Shown: piece by piece, positions 52,131 to 63,458 of the stretch | Layout: each line of letters begins with the position of its first letter | How positions within the stretch are numbered: the stretch's first letter is position 1 | NCBI GenBank assembly: GCA_030704615.1 | Contig: CM060733.1 | Span: 53,506,001 to 53,570,000 of the forward strand | Direction: 5' to 3' | DNA: 64,000 nucleotides | From: Takakia lepidozioides | Taxonomy: Eukaryota; Plantae; Bryophyta | Program-made: the position numbers and the translations under genes | Notes under the pieces: model-generated | What the model was told of the DNA's origin: nothing | The model's database searches: none | The model's input: the letters and a program-made list of their open reading frames with translations, nothing else

Positions 52131-52569
52131 CCTACATGTAGGCAGCGCTCAACAGACAATGTAGTCATATATTAGTCATATAGTTGTGACTGCAACCCTC
52201 TCTGCAGGAGGACTCCAGGTGCCACGCAAGCAGTCATGGATATGACTTGCAAAACGTAGTCCTAAAGACTAGTCGCTATGACAGGGTTTTTTTCACTACA
52301 GAGTGATGTAGTCATGAACGCATATAAGACTGAAAAAATAGTCATATGTGAAGTCATAAAAACGCTCATCTGTTGTAGTGGTTCAAATCGCTAGAGATAT
52401 AGATGTTCAGAAATTGAAAGTTTCAAATGGTCGACACAGAAAATTCAAGGTCAACTTCTGATTGTGAAAGGAGCTCCCACAAAATCCTGGCAATCACCAA
52501 TAAGATCAACATTAACACATATTGTTGTCAAATTAGCATGGGAGATCTCTCGTGCACCTCTGTACACTG

Positions 52570-55500
52570 TGCTCAAACAGACTCACTTTGATCGTTCGCA
52601 GCATATAGAGTTGCTTTCGCTTTAACTGCTTCGGCCTTTCCAATACGTCTAGAGCTCCACTTGGAGGTGTTCTTCCGAGGTCGCATTGTCTACACCACAC
52701 TGTTCGTATGTATCCACTTTGGTGGATCAGATTCATTGAACTCCCAAGCTTTGTCCCAACAGTTTCTATACCTATCCACGTCCTCCGCTGCAACACCTTT
52801 AGGTCTCCACCACTCCAGAAGGATTGGGTGATTGCAATCTAGAGTGTCCATAATGTGACATGATCACGAGTACATGAGATGTCTTTAAGCTGGCGCGAGT
52901 TTTGAAAAATATATTTTTTGACCGTCGGACGAAGTCGATCCAGACCGTCGGCCAAAAGTACCGTGTCAAAACAATATGGGCGGGCTTTTCAAAAAATAAA
53001 AATAAAAATAAATAAACGCAAATAAAAAATAACGAAATTCTCAAATTTAATTCATCTATGCCCTCAACCTATGGGAAATGCGTGTTTTTTGTGAAGGAAG
53101 TTCTTGTAAATCTATGTTTTTCACTTAATATAAAAATAACTAATTTCTATGCTCTTCAAAAGTCCCTAACATTTTATGGACTACATATTTTAGTGTAAGA
53201 TAAGGCATTCTAGATTCCTCAAAATGGGGGTGATGTGTGAGTCATTTTTTATAGTGGCATTGAAAATTGACCAAGAACAAAGTACATAATCATCAGATTA
53301 TGGACTATGACATTTTACTAGGGACTTTTAAAAAGTCCTTAACTTTCAATATACTTAGTATTTTGAAATGAAACTTGAAAGAGTGAGTAAAGCCTCTAGT
53401 GCATATTATCCTTTAGAGTCCTTTATTCAAATATTCTATTCGATTGAAGAGAGTGAAAATTTATACCATCAATCTATGTGCAGGAAAAACTGTGTTGTGA
53501 CAGCAAAAAATGGACATGGTAGGTTGCAACGACCCGACTTGCCGATATCTCTTATCTAAACGGTCACGAACAACATCAGAGATTGCCACACCCATCCAAA
53601 CTGGATATGTCTCTGTGTCTGGTGGTCGAACAAGTACGAAATTTCCAATTTCAATATCTTTGAATGGGTTCATCGGCTCTTTAGGTCTCTGACTCTTTGG
53701 CCCACAATAGGGATCCAGCTGGTTGCGATCTTCCTCCTCTGACTCCTCCTGACTCTCACATTCAACCCTAATTCCATCTCTGTCATGGTTATCTTTCCAC
53801 AGAGTCGAAGGCCAAAACCCCTCTTCCAGCTTGTCCTTTGGCTCAGGCAATGGCTTACCAAGTTCAAGAAGAACATCCTTCCAATACTCATCGTAGTTAT
53901 TCATGATATTTTCATAGTTCTTGTCGAGATCCATCCCAAGTCTCCAGAATTCGCGGTACTTCGAAAGGCCATTTACAATACTGGCATTTTTTTCCCTGGC
54001 GTCTGGCTTTATTTCCCAAATAGGCTGCAGTGGAACAGGTTCCGGGACCCCCTGGGGTAGCAGGAGAGACCTCTTGTCCTCAGCAATCTTCCACATTTTG
54101 ACTGCACCCTGCTTCGGAAGCCAATTAACGTTGGTTGCTGATTTATTATACTTCATTACAGGCCAACCGTCACAATCCACATAGAACTTGAAGACGTGCA
54201 TTTCAGATGTGCCAATTAGCGCATTGCTCCCATCAATAATGTATCCTTCCACAAACTTCTTGAAGTCTGCGACCTCTTGAATCAGTTGAGGAATAAATGA
54301 CAGGTTTTGAGACTCCATAAAGAGGCGCATGAGATCCGGAAGGATATATGTGCTCTTCTGTTTCAACTTCTTCGACAGATAACTAAAGTATGCATCAATA
54401 TCCTCGTGGGTGTGACCAACCATCAGGATTCCAAGATGGATATCTTCAAAAACACCTCTCGGGCCGTCAAGAGTGATAAAAAAGCAAGCATCCAACGATT
54501 TTTGTTCTCTCTTGAAGAATTGTCCATTTGCAGGTATAGTCGACGGGGTAATGGCTTGGCTCGAACAGGGCCTTGGGATACCCTAGGCTTCAGTGCTTTC
54601 TCACATTGAGACTTTTCCTTCATTAGAGTTTCGAAAAAGGAGTTCTGCATTGGATGATCAAAAATTTCTTTTGAGTCTCGACACGTGGGCTTCTCAAGAG
54701 CGCGAAGACAACGAGCCAAAGAGCTGATAGTCAAGTTAGGATCATTTGGCCAGAACTCGTTCATGAACTGAGCATAAGCACCATCACCATGACCATGAGT
54801 CACCATACATGTTAGAGATATAGGTAGTTGACCGAGAGACTAGATGTCATCTTGTTTGTTACGAGGAGCCGAGGCAACGCAGTCTTCGAGTGATCCATCT
54901 TATCGTGTATAATATACAGAAACGCCTCACCCATCATCGTTGATTCATTTCGCCAACTATGATAAAGCCTGCGACATGACTCATGATGCTTCAAATGTCT
55001 CTCAAATTTCCTTTTGTGCTTTCTCTGCTCCTCAGTTCCACTGACTGACTTCTGGATAAGATCTTTGAACATCTCACAATCTGTGCATTTCGCGAATTTT
55101 CCACCAGGTTTCCGAACCTCAACATTCTCAAAAAGTTTCAACCGAATTCGGCTAATTCCAGACTTCGACAATTCCTTCAAGCCCATTCGTTTGTTCGCCT
55201 GATCCAATTGTCAACAATATATAGAGTTGGTATACAATTAGGTACAGGAGACCTCCCGTGGAGATTGAAATTGAGATTAAATATTCCAACATCTACATCC
55301 AAGAGATATGAAAATTTGATAGATGCAGAAAGAACGACAGACACAAAATTTCGTTCTTAAATAGATGGACAAAATCGCTCCGAACGATCCATCAATGGAC
55401 TATCGGTTATTATGCTAACGATTTGATATCGACTATTGGCACACTTAGCAGAATGATTACGGGAGGTCTCCCGTGACATACGCTCCTTGAAAGTAGAAAA

Positions 55501-56402
55501 ATGTTTATAGAGTTAGAATCAGATTGGGTTGGAAAGCAGTATCCAACCTCATTGGACAGTCTGTTAAGCTCCTTCCAATGCATCTCCACCGGCAACAACT
55601 TCAGAACATCTTGCCTTCCTTCTCCGATACCTCTCATTTTATGAGGCATGAGGTCACTGTTTCTGGAAATCAGCGATAACAAATTTGCCTCGGCCTGCAG
55701 GGTTTTTGCTCGGGGTTTCTTCATTCCTTTGTTTTCATGCATTGACGAGATGTATCCATCATTACTCTTCCTCTTGTATCCATGGTACGTTGACCTACCG
55801 ATCCTATGGATTGTCCACCGCGCCTTCTCACAGACCTCAACTCCTCCCATTGTAAGGTAGGCATGATGACCATAACCTGGTAGTCGGTGTAGTCATCGTG
55901 GGACGTCAAACCCTAACTCTCTCTTTGCATCAAAAGAAGATGCCAAGAACTTACTCTGGATAGCCTTAGTTTTTTCCCAGCTGAAGTGTTGACGACAGTT
56001 TCGAGCACAACAGCTCACAGAGCTTAATGCTTGAATTGACTCTGAATTTAAGAGTCGGACGGAGTTCTTATCTCCCTTTCGAACTCGTTTCAAACATTTA
56101 TACTGCGATTTCTTGACTCCTTCGAGGTGGTCATCCTCCGTGTCTGACTCATAAAACTTTGTGAGCAACTCTGATAGTTTTTGGCCATCTTGAAGTTTTG
56201 TATGTGTAAGCCGTAATTTCGTCATGGTCATTAGCAAATCCTGAGCTAACCCAGAGATAGCTGTAACAATTACACCGACATGCTCCTCCCCAAGATTTTC
56301 ACCGAGAATAACTTCGTCAAGTAGACACGCCACAACCCGTCCCTCAGCGATGACGTCCATCTCATCATTGAGAAGATTGCACATCTGATTACGATCATAC
56401 AT
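52570..56402 (-). pseudogene. Sola1-like DDD transposase pseudogene
   Basis: CCARNCRQHF, VCEKA, FAKCTDC..H. Putative catalytic triad: IIHDKMD / LYLQMDNSSRENKN / MVGHTHEDIDAYFS. Intron at about 55210-55547; C-terminal piece (WWRP..YRNCWDKAW) at about 52570-52815. Frameshifted. Confidence 0.7.
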
Positions 56403-56462
56403 TGTGCCACACTAACGACTAATCTGGAGATAGAAGTCAAGAACCAAGCTGAGAGATGTATA

Positions 56463-58278
56463 ATGGCGGAGACAGAGTCAATGGAGCAGGGGAAACTCAT
56501 TGCTGACATGAAGGCTACTATCTGTCGCAATGAGGATACCATTCAGCAGTTCCACCAGGTTGATGTCCAGAAGGACAGGTGCATCTTTGAGTTGCAGCAA
56601 ACCATCACAGTACGGGACAATGAACTATCTGTGAGTGAAAAAGCTTGGAAAGAAGCTGCCTATGCAGCTCTGGTTGAGCCTCATGCAAAGCGCATGGAGA
56701 GTTTACAACAGCAGTTGGAAGCATACCGGCTCAAGGAGGAGCAGGATCTCTGTGGTGTTACACAAGATTGGTGGATAATTATCTTTTGCAAAAGTGGTTA
56801 ACACAAGGGCCAGTGGAAGGGAAAGCACCAAGAAAGCTCACCCAAGACGAGATGAATTATCTCAGGCTACTGGGTGCAGAACATTGCCACAACCACTATA
56901 GACAATGTCTATAGTCGGATAGCTGAGTTACAGGAGGATATAGAAGGGCTGCAGACTCAAGTGGATGACTTGAGCTCCAACATTGACAAAAGGGCCTTTG
57001 TTCCTGAGGAACAGCTCATGGCTACTTATTTGCACGCAAAGACTTTGATTTTCCAATCTTCAGCACAGGAAATGCAGGATTTGCCAACATCAAGAAGGAC
57101 TGTGGCAACAACATCACAACAACCACACCAGGTCGACAGTGTTGATACCATGGCACTCCAGCAATCACTGTCTGAGGTTTGGGGTGATGTTTCTTTTAAT
57201 CCACCTACTACGCTTGCTGCACTTGAATACAATCGGGCTATGATTCAACCCTTCAACCAAATTCCCATTGTTATGGATTTGGCTTGGAAAGAATTCAGTC
57301 CTCTAGAGTCTTTGGCACACTATTACCAGATTATGCGCATTTGGTTGCCAGTGGCAACTCGGACTAAAGTTCTTCCAACTGACAGACCCATTGAAGATCA
57401 CCATTTTGCGCGGTATTGGTCTGAGGCAGAAACCATGCTGAAGGAATTAATTGCCTTCCAGATTGTTCATGGATTCATTTACACCAAGACCAAAGAGGTA
57501 CCTAGTTTGGTCATGGGTTGTGGACTGTATTATGTTGCTTGTTTTATTTCACGCTATCACATTGAGCAGCAGATCAGTTTCAGACTTATTCTAGTGGGGA
57601 GCATTGGACGTTACCTTCAGTTCCACCACAAACATATCTGTATGATGTAAGGATCATGCTTCAGAAGGATCCCCAACTCCATTCTTGGTTTACTTTTGCT
57701 CTGGAGAACTTAGCCAAGGAGAACTTGGGTCTTGACCACATTTCTTCCAAGGGGCATGAAGCCAGGAAGTGGCTACACTTTTCCAAAGTCATTGACACAC
57801 CACTCAGCTATACAGATGATGAGCTGCGGGCATACACCAATCTTGCCCGGAAAAAGTTGACACAAGTCTTATAGTATAAGCTTCTAGACATGGTAGGCAT
57901 ACATTGTATGCCAGTCAGGATTCCTATAAAGCCACCGAAGGACAGGAAACAGTACGGCCAACGGGGGGAAGATGATTTGGATACTACTGGTTCTGTGGAT
58001 GGGAATTTTGACATGGCTGAGGATTATGCGATATAAATGGCGGAGAAGAAATGACAGGGATCTCCTATCCCTGAAAAATTACCTCCATATTAGCCTAAGG
58101 CAGGACAGTCAGATCCATCTAGTCGACAGTCATTCCCACCAGCCAGCGACATGGCTCGGGCTCACACACAGAGCCCTCCGAGGGACTCTCACCGGCAGAA
58201 GGGTGCTCGTTCACAAAGGTTTGCTGATCCTAAGCAGTAAACCGTGAGGACACGGTTTTTTGAGAGGGGGAGGGATAA
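56463..58278 (+). mobile_element. 3' part of LTR retrotransposon 3: degenerate coiled-coil extra ORF and polypurine tract
   Basis: Broken coiled-coil ORFs (56463-58040) are followed by the PPT GAGAGGGGGAGGGATAA (58262-58278), which abuts TGTT. Confidence 0.7.
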
Positions 58279-59250
58279 TGTTAGAGGGCTGTCTGGGACT
58301 TAGACAGTTTTATGGGTTCTGTGGGGTACCCTTAATTTTTGAGCAGACCTACTGTGGTAGACTCAGACCAATATAAACCTTAGGGGTAACAGACACAGAC
58401 CTTAGGGGTGGTAGACAGGCTTACACAGCCAGTCACAGCCTATCACAGTCTATCAAAGCCCGACATAGCCCGACACAGCCCGACACGGCCAGTCATAGCT
58501 CGGCACAGTCACAGCCCGACACAGCTTGGCACAACCCGTCACAATGTTCACAGGGAACGGTTATCATTGGCAGGGAACAACTGTGTAGGAACGATATCTG
58601 CAGAGGGAACGTGCATTCTGTCTTGGATGACAGTTAGTTAGTTAGGCGGTTAGAACAGCTTGCGGGTAGAATAGGCAGAGTAGCGACATGGAGGGGGTCA
58701 CTTCTTATAGCACTTGCTTGGACGTCACTTCGGAGATCACGTCTTGGACATCACTTGAGGAGATCAGGCGGAGAGCACGATCTTGGAGCACAAGGATGGA
58801 GATTACACAAAGGAGGAGATACGACGAGATGATGCTTGATTCATGCAAGCTGTAAAGATGCACTGTAGAGCAGATTAGAGACACCATGGCCTTCACTCAT
58901 ATCTCTTTACACGGTGTAAATATGAAATAGGAATCATATTAATATCTATCATGTATCAGGTTGTGGAATGAATGCTTGAGTAGTTGGAACATGATAGATT
59001 GCAAAAGCAATCTGATGCTTAAACCTAGATTGTTGGGTAACTTACTGAACATGAATGCAGGAAAGAATAGATATATGAAAGCACCCCATGATACACTAGA
59101 TGTAGGTCATGAGTGATTGTTTTGAGCGGGCTGAGTGCTTAGAGATTTCGAACTCTTTTATCTTGGAGTTTCCACCTCAGATAGCTAAGGGATGGGTGAG
59201 GAAAAGCCGCTCAACACAACTAAAGAACATGCATTTGCATTTGGTCAACA
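58279..59250 (+). repeat. 3' LTR of element 3
   Basis: It begins with TGTT directly after the PPT and has CACAGCC micro-repeats at 58420-58540. The candidate end is GTCAACA at 59250 (right end uncertain). Confidence 0.6.
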
Positions 59251-62200
59251 TTTACTTACAGATCTCAGTGGGTATCACTGCAGACAGATACGGACTATTG
59301 GTTGTTGTCCGATGCAGGCATTGCCATCACCAATCTGTGGAGAAGTGATCGTATTCAAAGATTTTTAGCCCAGTAGGTTTCATTAACGTTAGTTTCAGGA
59401 AAACAATTTCTGAAGTACATACATGTAGGGTTCAAAGGGTGTATACTTGGTCTTCATGGCCGATAAATGTTGTATTGCAAGTTTTCAATTGAGTAAAATT
59501 GTGACTATTTCAAGCATATTACCACCATGTTGAATGTTTGTTGCAGGACTTTTTGCAGAAATTGTTTTAATACTAAATGAACATTAGGGTGAAAAAAGTC
59601 TTAACATGACCAAAGCATTATTAATGTCATACAAGGGATGACACACATTTCATTCATCTTCAATTGGAGCGATTATGTGATGTGAGGAGTGTCAAAATGA
59701 TGTCCAAGTGATTTGCACTAATATGACATGTAATTTGTCATTTATTCGTGTAGATTTAGTTATAAATTCCACACGACAATTGCATTCAACCTTTGTCCAA
59801 GTATCGTACGAGGCCAACGTACACGGATTTCGCACGTTACCGATGTTGAAATCGGACGCATCACATTCGTGCATTAAGCACACGGAATTAGGGTTTGTTA
59901 ATAAGTTGGATTTGAGGAGTTTCTTAAGGGCTGTTTGGAGGATTATTGGAGGTCATTGGAAGCCATATTGGGTAGGCAGGTGGAGCCATTGTGAGGGCTG
60001 GTTGGAGACCTTGGAGGCCACTAATTGGCGGGCGCCTAGGGCCTTTTCATGGACTGTTTGGAGTCCAAGTTTGCAAACTTCTTGAGCCTCGATGGGTCTA
60101 TATGAGGGGCTGATTGAGGGCAGATTTCAGAAGTTCATGACAATAATTTGAGGGAACTTGAGAGTTATTTGAGAGGTTCTTTAAGGTTAGTCTTATCTAT
60201 TGCTCGAGCAAGAGTGAGTGTGAAGATAGGAGGAGTAATGGGATGAGAGCATTCTGGGCTTAGAGATTGCTTTAGCTTCCCTTCTCTATAGTCTTCCATC
60301 ATTCTTGTAGGCCAAAGCTTTTCCGTAAGCGGAGGCAGAGCTAGTTTGGATAGAGACTTGGTCATCTTGTAGGTTTATTGCAGCTGCAAGGAGGTCGATT
60401 GATTTAAGGTGTGGGAGGTGTTGTTGTTTGAGTTTCCTGTGTTTGGATCCTCTTCCCACACATGCATGCTTGACTGTGCGCCATGCTAGTTTGGTTTGGG
60501 CGCTTGCTTTTATAGGTGGTTGTGCCGGAAATATTGTGGCCGGCCAACCCTAGAGCGTGCTGTCGGTAGTGAGGCTGGGGTGATGACCAGCAGACCATCA
60601 TTGTTTCTCTTATGGTGAGGCTGGGTTGAAGACCAGGAGACCATAGGAGTGCCTGCGGTGGATACAGGTGGTTCAGGTTAGGAACCTAATATTCCAAACC
60701 ATAAGCCGCAACAAGTTCTCCGGTTACCTTGTGGAAAGGGGGATTAGAGACAAGTTGATAGCCGGTTTGAGTGTGAGTTTTCATCACGGAGGCGCCACCA
60801 GTTGCTGAGGAGAGTGCCGGTACGAGCACCAGCGATACTAGTGGGTATACAAGATGAGGTGTGCGGTTTAGACCACCATCACCTTCAGTGTCTTCTGAGG
60901 AAGGTTCAAACTCAGAGTTAGGAGGATTCTCGCCGAGGGTGCAAACCATTTCCATGCCATTGTTGTGGGATACGATGGAGAAAATGTATGGAGCTACCAA
61001 GGGGCCACGTCGGTACTCTGGAGCTGTGGGCACCATGGAGCTTGATGATTTCATACAGGAGTTTGATAGTTGATGTGATTTGCAGCAGATGCGCAATCCA
61101 CAACTATTTACGCCTTTTATGGCGTGGAAGGGGCTGTTTCAACTCCTTGAGGGGCCGCCTATGGATGACTACCATGAGTTTAGGCGGGGCAATGAGGTGG
61201 AGATTGAGGAGTGACGACAATATTGGTCACCTGACTATGTTTCCATCACTAGAGGCACAAGGGCAGCGGCGACACCAGCAGCTACACCAACATCCCCAAC
61301 TGCAAGCACTAGTAGTGGGACAAGTAAAGATGGAGCTGGGAAATCCACTCAAGCTCCTGCTGTAGCACCAACACCCGTGCCTACCTTTATCCAAGTTGTG
61401 GAGTTCTTCGAGGAGTTAAAAAGAAACTACCAAGGAATAAGGACGGAAAAGTTGCAAATCTTGCAAGAGTTCCAGCAGAGGCCTACTGAGAGTTTGAGGG
61501 AGGCTTATACGCGCATGAGGCGATTGATAAATGAAAACCCAAGGGGTTATGGAAGCTCAAGCTGTCCAATTCTGGTATGGGATATTGGACAAGAAGCTGA
61601 GGAGAAGGGTGCGGGATGCAACTCTCCTACAAGTGGCCCAACCCACCTTAGCAAACGTGTTTTTGCTGGCAGAGCGGATAGAGCTCAATATGGTGGAGGA
61701 GCAAGTGGTCATGGTGGGGTTTGGTAAAGAGACATAACAAAGTGGGGCTCCTAGCTAATAACAACCACTACTACAACGTGCTCAAGGCAACAAGGGGGCT
61801 CAGGCGAAGAGCAGGGAAGGACAGAGAGGATCTCAATTGCAGAGGTCACTTCTTTCATTTTCAGGCCAACAACAGTCGAGTGTGATATGTTGGGATTGTG
61901 GAGGACCCCGTGTTAAGAGAAATTGCCCAGAGAGAGGCAAATGGCCGGCACAGGCACAACCTACGCAACTACAGTGTGGGCATTGTGGCAAGTATGGGCA
62001 TGAGGAGGCCCATTTGTTATGAGTTGCATCCTGAGCTATAGCTAGGCCAGTTCCAAGGGAACAATGGTGGCCGAGGACGAGACAATGTAGTCCAGAGAGG
62101 TAAATGAGGCAGAGGTCGTGGTGGAGGTCGTGGTGGAGGTCGTAACCAAAACCAAGGAGCACAGGGTTGAGGTCAAGGTCATAACCAAGGCATGGTGGAT

Positions 62201-62910
62201 AGGCTTGCCCAGCTAGAACAACGTCTTGCTACCATGGCCACTACTCATGTTGCACCAGCTTCAAGGCCTGAAGTTCAAGCCCCACCTGCACAACCTCTTA
62301 TGCCTAGGGAAGACCAAATTGGTATGGCCTTCATGTGTGGAGCCGCACTTGCATGACCATTGCATGTGGACTCTGCAGCTGCTGTCACTCGAGCAGCAAC
62401 GCGTGCTCTTGAGCCAAGAGGAGCGGATGTGGATTTTGATCCTCAAAGGGGGGAAGCAAGTCGACAAACAAGGCTTCCATAATCTTTCACATTGGCTGAG
62501 ATAGTGCCAACTACGCCATCGATGACACCCGCTCGCCCAAGCGTGTCAGAGGTAGAGCCACGAGTGCCATTGGGGAGAGTTGGTGTGGCTTAGGAAACGC
62601 CAGTGGGTGGTGCTGCAAAGCAAAGTGCAGCTAGTACATTCTGGGGGCGGCTACGACAATTTGCCAAGCTCCATTATTTTCTGCAATGACAATTGCAATT
62701 CCGGGGATTCGGCCAGCTGCTGTGTTCAGACTAGCAGCTAGACTCTGTGAGAGTGCTGATGCATTGGCACTATCTGCGGGGATAGCGGATAAGGTGCAGT
62801 GCATTGATACCTTGGATTTAAGGGGGATACAGCCACAGCTGCGCCATGACAAGCGACAGCTACAATGTGCCATGCTTGTTGCACACACTCGTCTGTTATT
62901 CGATGCAAAT

Positions 62911-63458
62911 TTCTAACCGTACCCCACAGTGGAATATGCACAGGCACATAAAGAAACAAATCAGCTTTGTATGCCAATTACTTGTCATCATCAGGTGATG
63001 GCCTATCATCCGCATGGCTATTGCCCTCCAAGAGCTCACCACTCCAAGCCACCACCCCTGAAAATGCGGCCAATGTGGACATTGATCATGTTCCTATGAT
63101 CCACCGCTACATTCCCAATAAACCGCATTGGGAGCAGTGCACGTCGACCATCTCTTGACTGCCATTCCGGCCTATAGGATGTCGTTTCCTCCCAAAAGTC
63201 CAGAGTAAATCCCATGGGGTATAACACAGCCCCACCAACAAGCACATCATAGGACATCGCGTCCCAAACCTGCAATTGCTGCTCTCCCCAATATCAATGG
63301 CTGTGTTCCCGAGTCCAACAAGACCCGCAGTGGCCTATACCTCTTCCCGGCTAGGCCACCCAACTGAAATACACCATCCTGATTGTCCACCAGAATTACC
63401 CCATGAGTCACCATACTACGCTCAATGGCTGGTCTAGCTGGCAACCCCTGACTCAGGG
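62911..63458 (-). pseudogene. Retroviral-type aspartic protease segment, inverted relative to its element
   Basis: LRVLLDSGTQPLILG and YDVLVGGAVLYPMGFTLDFW read on the minus strand. The segment is flanked by CAAAT (62906-10) and ATTTG (63459-63). Confidence 0.85.

Larger units (their letters stand above)
39225..52380. mobile_element. Full-length CACTA (En/Spm) transposon, 13156 bp
   Basis: TIRs are CACTACAAGAGATGAGCGTTTTTAGGACT and AGTCATAAAAACGCTCATCTGTTGTAGTG (27/29 match). The TSD is GTT (39222-24 and 52381-83). ATGACTAC/GTAGTCAT subterminal repeats occur at both ends. Confidence 0.97.
37283..56430 (-). mobile_element. Sola1-like DNA transposon remnant (37283-39224 plus 52381-56430) split by the large CACTA; termini not identified
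   Basis: The same palindromic motif occurs on both sides of the CACTA, and the right part holds a transposase pseudogene. Confidence 0.6.

Noticed and set aside
51290-52170. Repeat-spacer acquisition array
   Set aside because: The units are ordinary CACTA subterminal tandem repeats with related internal sequence. Only one foreign insert is present.
31485-59250. One intact Gypsy element with paired LTRs around the nested insertions
   Set aside because: The LTR sequences do not resemble each other beyond TGTT/AACA, and the flanks (ATATT versus TTTAC) do not form a TSD.
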